From: Chrysomallon squamiferum
Lineage: Eukaryota > Animalia > Mollusca
Direction of reading: 5' to 3'
NCBI GenBank assembly: GCA_012295275.1
Contig: CM022670.1
Span: 35,092,001-35,156,000 of the forward strand
Length of the DNA stretch: 64,000 nt
Shown here: positions 27,012-41,432 of the stretch, one piece after another
How the letters are laid out: each line of letters starts with the position of its first letter
Numbering within the stretch: position 1 is the stretch's first letter
Notes under the pieces: model-generated
Told to the model about the DNA's origin: nothing
The model's database searches: none
What the model saw: only the letters and a program-made list of their open reading frames with translations
Made by a program: the position numbers and the translations under genes

Positions 27012-27708
27012 GCTTTAACTATTATTACTTAACTGTTTCCTCCCGGTACAAATTTCATGCCTAGCCACGTGGCAAAAACCATTGTTGCGTGATGATACAC
27101 GTGCAGAAACGTAATCTGAGAATTCTTTTTACGCAGAACAAAGAATATCTGGAAAATAGTTATTACAGTAAAACCAACATTAACAGACAAAAAACACAGA
27201 CAATAATATGCATATACGTCACAACAGACATACCTACGCAAATTAAAGACTATCTGAAAAATAGTAGTACAGACAAACCAACATTAACAGACATAAACAC
27301 AGATAATAATATGCATATACGTCACAACAGGTAAACCTTTACGCAAAACAATGAATATCTGAAAGAAATGGAAATACAGGAGAACCAGTTTTAACAGATG
27401 CACATATGTCACAATAAGCATACCTTTTCGGAAAACAAAGAATATTTCAAAGAAATACTAGCACAGTAGACATATATCAAGATAAGACGCATGTAAATCA
27501 CAAAAGCCATTTTATTACTTAGAATAAAGAATATTTGAAAAATATAATAATACAGAAAACCACAATTAACAGACTGGCACAGATAACAATTATGCATATA
27601 CGTCACAAAAGGCTTTTATTTTGAATAACATAAATATCTTTTAAACCTGCTATATATCCAATGTGAAAAAGAAATGAAATGTTCTTAAACCGCCTTTGTT
27701 ATTTTTTT

Positions 27709-27744
<36 letters not shown>

Positions 27745-28392
27745 TCCCTCTGTGCCATTTTACAAATAAATTCGTGAAGACTGGCAACCCCTAAATCAGA
27801 TTATTCAGAAGTGTGATCACAATGAACTGTGCAGTGACGTTATGAGCATTCATAAATATACAAGGATCCTCCTGTATTTTAGCAGCACACTAAGTGCCCA
27901 GTCTGAGTGTCACTGATTCAATTTACGAAACATCTGAAAATACTCACTGTATCAAGCAGTTCTATGAGCTTTACGAAAAAGAAACACCAACCGACACGTA
28001 TTCCCTGAAATAAAAAAAAAATAATAATTAGAAGATGAAGAAGAAGAAAGAGTAAAAAAAAAAAATAATAATAAAATAAATAAATTAATTAATAATAATA
28101 ATAAATATTTTATGGATTCTGTTGCGACACTCTGCTGCGGAGTGAGAACTCAGTCTTTGTAGATTTTGTTCATACAGCATTATTATCTCTTTTATTCCTG
28201 GAACAAAACAAAGCCAAAATAAGTAATCAGATAAAGAGTAACAATAATAATAAAAAATACTTACATGCCAGCCACCAACACTGTCACTATAATCGACTTC
28301 TTGACATCGAATGTTGTATCTTTCTAATACTGCTACTCCTAAAGCCTGTGGGCGAAAAAACAAAGAGAAATGAAAAAAAGAAGATTTACTAA

Positions 28393-28441
<49 letters not shown>

Positions 28442-29606
28442 CAACAACATTATGACAGTAAAAATCTTCCGTCCTGTATTCGATAATCACAGAAATATCG
28501 TGTATTTTTAAACTCTAGTTTTTGTTGTTATTTTTCGTTATTACTTAAGACTGAACTATACAATAGAAATACAAGTAACTTCTAAGTATGCCGACTCTTT
28601 CCTATCACCAATCAGTATATAGTTACATATTAACCTGCGCATTTAAATATCATTTTCAAGAGTGGAATCGCGGATTTTCTGTGAAGATTTCACATTGTTA
28701 TTTCTAAGTTTAAAATGTTCAGGTTAATATGTAATTATATACTGATATACAATATGACGTCTTTAGTTAAAAAAAAAAAAAAAAAAAAAAAACAAACAAT
28801 AAAGAAACCAAAAAACCCACCCCAAAAACATACAAACAAAACAACTGAAAGGAAGACAAACATGCCCGAATGAATTTCCACGTTGACGTTCAACAGTTAA
28901 AATGTATAAAATATATCCAAACGACCGTTACTGTCATGGGCTGCTAACCCAAACGACTTCATTATTAACATTTCTGTACACTTTGCTATAATCCCTGTAT
29001 ATTATATATTCTGTACAACGATGTCGAAGTGTTCTCCTGAGAATTCTGATTTGGAGTTAAGTTGCTCAAGGCAGAGATGTCATACAATTGATCTGTTATT
29101 GTCATCACTGAACGAAGCTTTGCCGCAAGTGGACTGACGACATTGAGTTCAAAATTCTCTCGCATGAACTGAATAACGAGATTGCCATGTATTCTAACCA
29201 AGTTCTGTTGACCTTATGAAGAGTGCTTGCCTACTAACATAATGAATCCGGCAAGCACCGTCTGAATTTATTTCTACGGAACACTGTTCCTCTCATAATC
29301 ACGACACTTGTAATTACTTGTGATATACAAATGTATTAACACATGTAATGTTTAATTTCTTTCAGATGAGTTTTTTGAGAGATTGTATCACACTGATTTT
29401 TGATGCTACGAGCAATTTTCTATTATTATTACTACTGCAGCTGCTGCTACTACTACCATTATTACTACTACTACTACTACTACTGATGCTGCTGCTGCTA
29501 TTAATTTTATTATTAATGTCGTTATTGTTATTTTGCTACTATTATTATTGTTGTTGTTGTTGTTATTGTTATTTTACTATTACTATTATTATTGTTGTTG
29601 TTATTT

Positions 29607-29656
<50 letters not shown>

Positions 29657-29982
29657 TTATTATTATTATTACTACTATTATTATTATTATTATTATTATA
29701 ATTAATTTAAATATATATTTGGACAATGATACAAAAGGGCCTATGTAACAACAATAAAACTTACATCCACAAATATAAAACCTGACAGGAAGACCATTAC
29801 AAAATTGTATACAATTAACAACGTCTTCATTTTCAGTGGTTTAAACGGCTCCATCCACTTCGGGCCCCACGTAACTACGACTACATAGAGAGCCACTATC
29901 GACAGCATCGGCAGCGGACTTCCAGACAACGGCAGAACTGCAACACGTGGATCTGCAACCAGAAATATAATAATAATAATAA

Positions 29983-30013
<31 letters not shown>

Positions 30014-30335
30014 AAGAAATATTAGAAAAAGAAGATGATGATAATGATGATGATGATGATGGTATGATGATGGAGATGAAGGTGAAAGAACCGATTAAGG
30101 AAGGAAAGAAAGAAAGAGACAAATAAATATAGTATAATCCATGACATTAAAAAATAATAGTAAAACAGTTTAATAAGAAGTAATTATTGAAATACGGACC
30201 GAACACTGAAATAGTGCTTTCATAATTAGAACTGTGATATTTTCAACACGATAAATAAAAATGACAAAAACACTTACCAGCCTGTGCCATAACATCGTCG
30301 TACCATTTTCGTACTCCGTAAATTACCTCTAACAT
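25405..30335 (-). CDS. ELOVL: Very-long-chain fatty acid elongase, ELOVL1/7-like; 7 coding exons, 879 nt, 292 aa
   Basis: Exons 30335-30278, 29952-29765, 28345-28265, 28004-27948, 27148-27034, 26648-26521 and 25656-25405 join in frame with GT-AG introns. Motifs: [57 protein letters not shown]. Subfamily call is by motif resemblance only. Confidence 0.93.
25791..25960 (+). mobile_element. Degenerate interspersed repeat fragment (SINE-like), related to 59181-59345
   Basis: Shares tgtctatgggaa...agatt...ctgcta with the second copy. Boundaries approximate. Confidence 0.35.
26521..26648 (-). CDS. ELOVL: ELOVL coding exon 6, 128 nt
   Basis: ctttcag|GT TGT CTA CAT ... CAA CTG|gtgagt; encodes [42 protein letters not shown]. 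Confidence 0.95.
27034..27148 (-). CDS. ELOVL: ELOVL coding exon 5 (histidine box), 115 nt
   Basis: ttttccag|ATA TTC TTT ... [39 protein letters not shown]|gttaag. Confidence 0.93.
27130..27640. repeat. Degenerate tandem repeat (~105-bp unit, 5-6 copies) spanning the ELOVL intron 4/exon 5 junction
   Basis: Junction-equivalent positions at 27148, 27253, 27358, ~27445, ~27534 and ~27637; recurring acattaacaga and atgcatatacgtcacaa. Confidence 0.85.
27948..28004 (-). CDS. ELOVL: ELOVL coding exon 4, 57 nt
   Basis: ttatttcag|GGA ATA CGT ... [19 protein letters not shown]|gtgagt. Confidence 0.93.
28265..28345 (-). CDS. ELOVL: ELOVL coding exon 3, 81 nt
   Basis: cccacag|GCT TTA ... [27 protein letters not shown]|gtaagt; YxxxCQxVDYS motif. 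Confidence 0.92.
28611..28746. mobile_element. 136-bp foldback / MITE-like element in ELOVL intron 2
   Basis: Arms 28611-28637 and 28720-28746 are reverse complements at 26/27 positions. Confidence 0.65.
29765..29952 (-). CDS. ELOVL: ELOVL coding exon 2, 188 nt
   Basis: gttgcag|AT CCA CGT ... (D)[12 protein letters not shown]...[22 protein letters not shown]...FVD|gtaagt. Confidence 0.93.
30278..30335 (-). CDS. ELOVL: ELOVL coding exon 1, 58 coding nt; preceded by an acceptor at 30351/30348, so an upstream non-coding exon is implied
   Basis: tttctttcag cag caactcagcaaaATG TTA GAG ... [20 protein letters not shown]|gtaagt; phase matches exon 2. Confidence 0.85.
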
Positions 30336-30768
30336 TTTGCTGAGTTGCTGCTGAAAGAAAAATAAATAAAAATTAAATGAATATGTTAAACACTGCAGAA
30401 TATGACGTAGGAGGAACCATTTTATGTAACGACAAACGTAAAACATTTACGATTACGGGTGATTATATACTTGATTACGATAAATAGCAAAATATCTTCT
30501 GGATAGACCTTTGAACAGAAAGGAAAGGTTTGGATATTTAAATTCACCGTTTTACTTTATTATATCTATGTGAGAACAAAGAACTAGTTTAGCTTTGACT
30601 CAGCTTCGTCGTGTAAAGATTTCATTTGTAACAATTCGTAGTGGAAACAGTTAAACAAAAATAACAGTAGTTTAATCATGTGTGTTCAAGTAATGTTTGT
30701 TGAGTGCAAAACTTTTTGATTAATTGTATTATCCTTTTAATTTATTGTAATGAGAGTCAAAAATATTG

Positions 30769-30821
<53 letters not shown>

Positions 30822-31422
30822 GATTAGCTGTATTGACCTTTTGATTAATTTTAATGAAGTTAAAATTACTGCATTTATTATTATTACTGTTATTGTTGTT
30901 ATTATTATTAATATTCATTTTTATTTATTTATATAGTTATTTATTCTTTTTTATTTTATTATATTTAATTTATTTTATTTGTTTCTTTGACGATAATGAA
31001 GAAAACTGTTATACGGAAATTTTGTCAAATTAATATAAATAACTGTTCTCTTACATTTTATTAATACACGATATTTGATCCCGCGTTCCACCATGTTATA
31101 CTAAAACTACGCAACTGGAAAACGTTAAATGCATTTGTTGATCATTTTTTTTTTTTTTTTTTACCACGGCAGTAAATTCATATAAGAAAATATATTATAT
31201 TTTCGGTTAATTAAGCTGCATGTTACCGACCCTACAGGTACAATTAAGTATTTATTAAGTCTTCACAAAGGCTTCGTTATTTCGCATCAGTTATTTGACT
31301 TCAGTAAAGAAATCAAGGTAAAATTGTGGCGTTGGTATAAACAGCGATAAATAAGTAATAAAACTCTTTTTTTTTTTCTTCTCTGTTTTTCTCTTTTTTT
31401 TCGCGCGCGTGTGTGGGTGTGT

Positions 31423-31477
<55 letters not shown>

Positions 31478-31604
31478 TTTGTGTGTTTGTTTATATCGAA
31501 ATGATTATACATATTAGTGAAGTTTTGGTAGTAATAAAATGGACAACAAATTATATGTTTAATTGGAGCAGTAGTTGTGTGTCTGTGTGTTTATATTTTG
31601 TGTA

Positions 31605-31655
<51 letters not shown>

Positions 31656-31712
31656 TCAGTAGTCTCTAGTAATATTCTTCTCTCTCTGTCCTGTCGTTAA
31701 ACATTTACTCAT

Positions 31713-31780
<68 letters not shown>

Positions 31781-32178
31781 ACAGTTTCAAATAGCATTAG
31801 AATACGAACAGCAATGAGTGCTGTTATAAAAAAATGAAGCAAAATTATTATACTACGACAGCAAAAACGTATCTGGGTTCATTGATATCTGCGCAAAACA
31901 AATCGTTCGATCAGAGCAGATACAAAAAAACGTGTCTAATAAGAAAGACTATGAAAACAATGTGACTTTAAAAGGACAATAAGACGAAATAAATAAATAA
32001 ATAAAGTAACAAATAAACAAATAAATAAAGAAAGAAAGAAAGAAGAAGGAAAAACTACTAGGAATATATCTCGTCACAGCAGGCTGCGCTGTAGGAGGTT
32101 ACTGTTTCGTGAGGAAACCTGTTTTATCCTGTACATGATAGAATGCTGTAAACGCTGAAGAAACGAGACGTGAAATAC

Positions 32179-32284
32179 CTGCGTAAAGAAGTATTCACAC
32201 AAAGCGATTTAACGAGCAGAAATATAGGAACGCTTGTAGTCGCAGAGCCCTACAAATAGTAAAACTCCGACCAGATAGTTTATA
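32179..32284 (-). promoter_or_regulatory. Candidate TATA promoter and non-coding first exon of ELOVL
   Basis: Minus-strand TATAAA at 32284-32279 and CAG|GTATTT donor at 32178; locally GC-richer. Motifs only. Confidence 0.25.
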
Positions 32285-32290
32285 CAGTAT

Positions 32291-32497
<207 letters not shown>

Positions 32498-33290
32498 TCT
32501 CTCAGTTATAATTTTGAAAGGTTGTTATCACTGGTTTGATATTTAAAACAACAAAAAGATCCCACAATATATATATGTATAAAACATACAACATACATAT
32601 ATATGAAAAAGCTGGTGGGGAGATGATAATGATACATTTAAAAAGGGAAGGTTTGAATTTTCAAATCGAAAAAGACAAACAAACAAACCCTCCTCCTCAA
32701 AAAAAAAAAAATAAAAAATAAATACAAAAAGTTATCCTAATTAATAAAACCTACAAAAGAATAAAACATTTTTTTATAATAGCTTTTTGGCGGGAAAAAA
32801 AAAAATAATTGTCGGGAGAGTTGAAGAATTTTTGCGGGAAGGTTTGTTTTCTTAATGAAAAGACAAGAAATTCCGTCTAAAGTTTTCTTAAAAATCTACT
32901 AAGAATAAGACATTTTAACGATTAACTTTTTTTTCAAAAATAAAAAATTTTATATTTTGAAAATGATATAAAACAAAAAAATATAATAAAAAACAAAAAA
33001 TAAAATAAAATAATAAAATAAAATAAAATAAAATAAAATATATAATAAAATAAAAGAAATAAAATCAAATCAAACATAAAATAAATAAATCAAATCAAAC
33101 ATTAAATAAAAAATAAATAAATAAATAAATAAAATAAAATAAAATAAATACATAAATCATACTTTTAATGATCAACATTTTTAATAGCGCTCTTTAAGGT
33201 ATTTCTCATTCTAGTCAGGAGATTATCATTGTAACTAACACACACACATTCTCTCTCCCCCCTCTCTCTCAGTCTCTCTCTGTTTGTCAT

Positions 33291-33400
<110 letters not shown>

Positions 33401-34216
33401 ACAGAGACACACAGACACACACACAAACACCACACACAGAGAATGTTTTTAAGACAAGATAAAGTCGGAGGTTCATGAGTAAGTATGTGGTTTTGTTCGA
33501 TGTGACATGCACCATATCGAGTTGTTAGAAGGAAACCACATTTGTATCACTTCAAAGACATATCTTGAATACTTTCTACAGTATTACGTCCCCTACAGTA
33601 TATTTTACATAGTGGTCATTCATGAGATAAGTGTTAACAAACAACTTGAAATAATTCAAAGCAATATTTATAGGTATAAATATAAATATAAATAAACGAA
33701 AGAAAAAAGACCTAAAGAAAGAAAAGAAAGAAAGAAAAGAAAGACAGGGAACAAGAAAGAAAAAGAAAGAAGTAAGAAATAAAGAAGGAAGGAAGAAAGA
33801 AAGAAAAAGAAATTAAATACATAAATTAATTAATAAATAAAAATCAAAAACAAAGAAACACATGTTTTACGTTGAAGACGAAAAACAAATACAACGTATA
33901 AAATGAACAAGAAATATTTTCGCGATGTAAGCCTTGGGGCAAATTCGACATTTTTGCCGATACTAAACGTACGCAGTTATCTCAGTTTTAAAACGTGGTG
34001 TAATTGATTACTCTCTCATTTCTTTACCACAATGAATATCATGTAAAACTGGGACATTATAATTGAATCAAAGGTTGGCCATTATTACATAATGCTCAAC
34101 TGTTGTACTGCTGCATCATATTTCGAAATAATTCAAATGTCATTTCTCCTTTTCTGTATTCATAATTCCTATATATAGCCAATAAGTTGTGCTGTGTGTG
34201 TGTATAATAAATAAGT

Positions 34217-34334
<118 letters not shown>

Positions 34335-35129
34335 AAATGAACATATATATAAGCGTATTATATACGTCACAATAATATGTCCATGGAATATAAATGTTAA
34401 TATTAACAATATCCATTCTATTACAATGTATATATTACAACGTTTGTTAATATTTTAATAGATGATGTTATTTGTAACTAATATCTGTAATTTGCCGTAA
34501 TATTCCCCTGATGTGTGATATGTTGTGGATTATTTCAGTGCTTTGGCATAATATGTGTGTATCCTTTCATTCACAGATGCCCGTGTTTGCTTGTTTCTGT
34601 TCGTGTGTGTGCGTATGCATGTGTGTGTGCGTGTGCGTGTGTGTCTGTGTTTGTGCGGGTGCGATTGTGTTTGTACAGGAATGTTGAGATATACTTTCTA
34701 GTCATTCTGGTTACAAATAATAATAATAACAATAATAATGATAGCAACAATAATGAACTAAGAAGAAGGATTACCTTATTTGAGACCCAGTGACAACGAT
34801 ATAACCAGTTTCTACCGCTAACGCGGATATATTTCAAGTTTGAAGAATGTCTACGTGGTATGTTTACGCGTCTACATATTTAGGGTTTTTCTCATCTTTT
34901 TTTTTCTGACCGAGATAACCTTGTTAAGTAAAAGTTTGATTTACAGGTTTACACAGCCGTCTCATTTCAGTTATACTTTTAAATCTCCTCATTTCATCTC
35001 TTTGACCAAACATTGTTATCAGTGTCGTTGAAGGGATGATATAAATCTTTCAAAGTATCGAAGTACGAGTGATTTGAAAGATCCGGTATGTTTTCTCTTC
35101 CTCATTGATGTTCTTGTTTTCTTTTCTTT

Positions 35130-35183
<54 letters not shown>

Positions 35184-35284
35184 AAATAGATAACTTATTA
35201 GTGAGCAAATGAAATTTATTTACACATCTAGAAGAACATACACGCTGAGAGAGAGAGGCAGGACAGGTGAGGAGACAGATAGAC

Positions 35285-35360
<76 letters not shown>

Positions 35361-36402
35361 GAAGAAAGTATTATAGTTCATTAAATATATATTCCAGGCA
35401 TACCTATTTCATATGACACATCAAATCTGTAAATACAAGCTATTCGTGCTTACTAATGTTTGTCCTTTCTAACTAGTCACACCTACTTATTAAAACACAC
35501 TTTAGTTTCTAGAATAAGGAAACGATTTACTGACATCCCAGGATCTTGAAAACGTCACAATTCCCTTCATGTCAGTTACAGAAAACAAAAGATATCTTAC
35601 GTTCTAAATATAAAATTTTAAAAATCACGAAGAAACAAACCAAATGCAACAAATTCAGCACGCGTTCTAATACATCTGCAACATGTGTCAAGTATTTTTT
35701 AATAATTCCATTAATCTATACTAGGCTACGTTAAGATGCTATAGGTATATAATATTACCTGTCACAAAGGAACGTATTTCTATACTGTAACCAAACTGTT
35801 AATCGCTTTGCTGTTCCGTCAAACCCACAAACAATTTAAATGTTTTGTATAACTGGTCAGCAGGCAGATAGAAAAAAAAAGCACACATTGCACGTTTATA
35901 CATATATACATTATGTACATACGCCCCCACAGTTACACAGAAATTCCATTCGTTTTAAATCAGGACTAAGGCACGCCTATGTAGCGACAGAATACCGTAA
36001 ATGACCGAAATAGCACACAGAAAGAAAAAAGAAACGATACAAAAATAGAGATATAAAAAAAAGGTGACTGGATAGAAAATCAGTGTTTTCTAATAGTAAG
36101 TTTATAAGATGTAACCGGGTTGGTAATCTGCATGCACATATACACACGCACGAACGCATGCACGCACTTACTAGATAAGTTAAAATTAATTGTTTTGTCA
36201 TAGAAACAAAAACAAGAAGAAAATAAATGACAGCAAACAGAGCAGCCGAGGAAACAAATTCGCACTGAAGTTTTAAAATGCACATTTAAAATATTCTGTT
36301 AGAATCACAAATACGGACACCTGCCAGTCACGTTAAATTAAATTTATGATTTAAAAATAAAACACGTTTATGTATATTTAGAGTATAATATATGTACATA
36401 TG

Positions 36403-36453
<51 letters not shown>

Positions 36454-37057
36454 AGGTCTTTCTCTCTCTATTTTTACACATGTATGAATAAAAATAAATA
36501 CACTTTTGTATTTATGCATAAACGCATGTGTTAACGCCAGATTTATCGGCAAGTTAAAATAATAAAACAACTCATACTTGTTGACATATATGTTGCAATA
36601 TAAAACAAACGTTTATATCCAGCAATTAAAACCGAACATGCTGATGATACACGATGAAATTTATTACCTTGTTATTTATTACCTTATTATTGTTATTATT
36701 TTTTAATTTAATTTTAATTTTTTTTTTTTAAATGTAAAAGAAATCGCTTACCGCAGTGTGGTCGCTGATGTGTGTTGCAGTGATGACGTCGGCTTCGCAA
36801 ACGCAGTGACGAACAGCCAACAATGTAGGTCAACACAGGTAAATAAAAACAAGAGGTGTATAATTATAAAAAAAACTACAAAAGTGCAGTGGTGTGTGAC
36901 TGTCACGGTTGATTCCCTTTCTAGTTTATTTCGGTCAGGTGTGACGACGTAGTTGAAGCAGATACAGATTAGCCGTGGATGGGATTAGCTTTAGAGACAT
37001 GATTACATAAATAAAAATTTAAAAAAAATAATAAAATAATAATAATAATAATAATAA

Positions 37058-37088
<31 letters not shown>

Positions 37089-37398
37089 AAGAAAAAAAAG
37101 AATAATTTAATAAATCAATGAACAAATAAATAAATAAATAATAACAACAATAATAACAACAACAATAATAATAATAATAATAATAATAACAACGATGACG
37201 ACAACAAAAAGAACAATAATAAAAAAAAAAATAATAAAAAAAAAAAAAAAAAAAATTAAAACAAAGTTTAAAATTTTTACAATAAAATGTAAATTTATTT
37301 TGTCAGAAATTATCTATCGTTCGATCTATTTGTCTATCTGTGCATCTGTCAGTTTAACTATAAAAAAATAACGTACTAGTTTAATTTCATCACGGGAA

Positions 37399-37443
<45 letters not shown>

Positions 37444-38063
37444 TACAACAATAACAAAAATAAATAAACAACGAAAGAAAGAAAGAAAGAAAGAAAAAAA
37501 TGGCTAGCAAGCATTTAAAACTGATATCTTTTTGAGGCCTTGACAACATTATTTTTGTTACCTCTTTTATTTAGACTAGAACCTCCCTAGTTATTAGTTC
37601 ACTAGTTCACTGGTATTTCACTAGTTAACTACACTAGACTATTAGATTATTTCATCTACGATGTGAAGCGAAATAAACGAAGCAAGCAGCAGTGACATTT
37701 CTCTGAATCGCACGAGCCTGGAAGTTCAAAGTTCATACAGAGAAAACAATCACGTGATTCGACATGAACATATACTTAAATTTTTATTTGTTTATGTATT
37801 TATTTTTATTATTTTACTGACAGGCTGTAAAATTTCAAGCTTTAAAACAAAAATGTTTAAAAAAAAAGAAATAATAATAATAATAATAATAACAACAACA
37901 ACAATAACAATAATAAAACTGTGTTTTTTGTGTTTTTTATTTGTATATACTTGCATACATTTAATTCTTTCTCTCGCCGTACTTTCAACATTACGTTACA
38001 AAAGTCTTAGATGACTTATACCATTTGTAAAAAAGATCTCACGCTCTTTATTATTATTATTAT

Positions 38064-38095
<32 letters not shown>

Positions 38096-38132
38096 ATAGT
38101 AACAGTAGTAGTAGTAGTAGTAGCAGTATTTA

Positions 38133-38194
<62 letters not shown>

Positions 38195-38628
38195 TCACAC
38201 ATCTTTCGTCAATTTTTTTTTTTTCCAGACTACTCTAAAATCACTTGACAGCATCAGCTGCCTTAAAAAAAGACCAGTGAATGATTTAGTAAACTTAAAA
38301 CATGATGATGATGATGATGATGACGACACTCATGAAGTAGGCGGTAATGCTAAAAATAAAATAAAATAGCGCAAACAAAATCTGTTGCCAGTATGCTACG
38401 TAATAATGATTAAATTTCCTTTCTACTATTAATTTCATCGTGAACTGAGTAAGCCACTATGCAAATCCACATAATATACCTCCGTGCAATAAACAGCATT
38501 CTGGGTGCTGAAATCAATAAAATAGATTCAGCTGAATAAAAGATGGCTACTCACCTTTTAATTACACTAGCCACAGTTGTTCTCGTTATAGAAAAAGGTC
38601 TGTACAATGCCTACAGACTAGTAAAACA

Positions 38629-38662
<34 letters not shown>

Positions 38663-39116
38663 TGCTATTATTATTATTATTATAATATTTGCACAATAAA
38701 ATAAAATGTTTTCGTTTCGCTAAAGACCCTTCTGATAATTTATTTTATATATATTTAATGTATCGGCCATTTCAGAACTTGCATACATTCAGCAAAAACA
38801 TCACAATAAATGCATGTTTGTGCATACATGCATACATATTTCCGTCAGTTTATTTATAGAAACACTCACACACACACACACATATATATAGACATATTTA
38901 TCCATATATTTATTCATACCTATGTACGTACGTATATATATCTACATACACACAGACACACATACATTGATGCATGTACATACCTTCAGTAATGGATCGA
39001 CTGAAATGTGCAAAATGCGCATAAATTGTGAAAACTAATGTAAATAATAATTTTTTGGAAAAATAATAAAATAAATAAAAATAAGGCATATTATATAATG
39101 GCTTCGTAATATCAAA

Positions 39117-39147
<31 letters not shown>

Positions 39148-39416
39148 CTGTTAACAGTTTATAAATGAATCTGACTCCTGTTCATTGTCAGAAAGCTTTG
39201 CAAGGTGTAACCTGGATAAAATCATCATTTTTCAGCTCTGATGAAATCCAGAAACCTGTGCTGTAATGATTAATACGACGACCACCAACAGCTTCAAACA
39301 TCATGTTACTGACTGATCAGCGTATACCGTGTAGGCTATATATAAAACGAACAGCCCCAGGCATTATTATTATCATCATCATCATCATCATCATCATGTC
39401 ATCATCATCATCATCA

Positions 39417-39447
<31 letters not shown>

Positions 39448-39809
39448 CGTTATTATTATTATATTTTTTCCTTTATTTGTTTATTTTTATTTTTATTTAA
39501 TTATTATTACATTTTTTGACTTAATCTATTTAAAGAAAAAAGAATATGTAAAGAAAGAAAGAAAGAAAGAAAGTAAGGTAAAAAGAAGGAAGGAATGGAA
39601 AGAAAGAACAAAATTATTAAAGAGACATGAAATAAAGCAAAGGAAAAAAAAAAAAAAAAAGAAAAAGAATAAAAGAAAGAAGAAAGAAGAAAGATAGGAA
39701 AATAATGTATGTAATTAAATGTTTGTTGAACGTTCTGTTAAAACATACACTAATTTTTAACATACTTCTTACCACTGCAGAATCAGAAAAAGGATAAAAT
39801 TAATAGCCA

Positions 39810-39896
<87 letters not shown>

Positions 39897-40250
39897 CATC
39901 TTTCTATCTTTTAAACCGTTTTACATTAGATGACTGAGTTTAACGTTTGGTACAAGAGTTTCTAACTATGCAACATCCATATTTAAATTAAACAAATGAT
40001 TATTTGATGCAATCAGATTGCTACTTCGTATGGCCACCTGTCTATGACCATTAAACTGTTATCTCAGAATACGAGATGTTTAACTGTATTAGGCTTAATT
40101 AAAGCAACAGGTGTTGCCTTGCTTGTGAATAACAGCAAGACAGATTAAGTTAAGCGTCAAACGAAGTTTTGAAGTAAAAAAAAAATTAAATCGGGGACAA
40201 AATAAACATGCACAATAAGATTTTCTATAATTAAAGACAAAGAGTGTGTT

Positions 40251-40368
<118 letters not shown>

Positions 40369-41432
40369 CTATTTCTTTTTTTCTTTTCTTTTTTTAAATT
40401 TTTAACCGTTTTATAAGAAGAATAAAAAAACGTTTTTGGAATTTAAGTGACAGAAAGTGACAAGAAAAAACATTAAAAATGACATAAAATTCAACAGCTA
40501 TATGTAAACAGCTGTCACTAGTTGTATAAATATCGAAAAATTTTTCCTTTGTATTATTATTATTTTTTTTTTTTAAGAAAAAAGAATAAAGAGAGACCAG
40601 TTTAGAATTTGATAAATTATTTTTCATATTTAACATTCGTAGCAGAACAAAACCAGTTTACTGTAATTACCATAAAAAATAATAATGTTGTTAAAACTGT
40701 ATTCGGTCATTTACATATAATTACAAATGCAACAGAAACAACAGTAACATAATGTACTGCAAAAAATATAATAATAATAATAATAATAAGACGACGAAGA
40801 AGAACAACAACAATAACAACACTAATCGTAATCAGACATAATCATAATCTTTATCACGAACAAATTATTATTTTTGTATATTATTATTATAATCATCATC
40901 ATCATTATCACCATCAGTAGATACAGTAGTATTAGGAAGATGATGATAAGTTATGAAAAAATAGAATATTAATTTCATATTTAAGAAAGAAGAACAATGT
41001 ACTTCTACCTATCATTTAGTACCTTAAAACAAACCAAAATAAATGGATAGAATTATGCATTAAAATCTAAATAAATAAATAAATTTAAAAAAAACAACTA
41101 AAAAAATCAATACATCAGCAACGTATACAAAACGATTATTAGTTTTTAAGACTTACTTAGAATTAATTTACATTATTTTGTAACTGGTAAAAGTTAAACA
41201 ATCCTTCTGTCGCAGACAGTACGTGTGTCAAGAAACACTGCATTTGTAATAATTCACGACAATCTATGAATAATATTATATTGCATAAAATAGCCTCATT
41301 TTTGTTATCTACGGTGTGGGTAAGTAAATAAATAAATAAATAAACCAATCAATATTTTAAACTGTCCTTTTTTCCTTTGATGAGGATTCGTAAGAACTGA
41401 GTACGAAAATTTTTCAAAACTGGCTATCAAAA

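Noticed and set aside
29223-29258. Hairpin gtgcttgcc-N18-ggcaagcac as a Helitron end or alternative ELOVL exon
   Set aside because: No CTRR terminus at the expected distance; the nearby minus-strand acceptor reads into TAA without ELOVL similarity.
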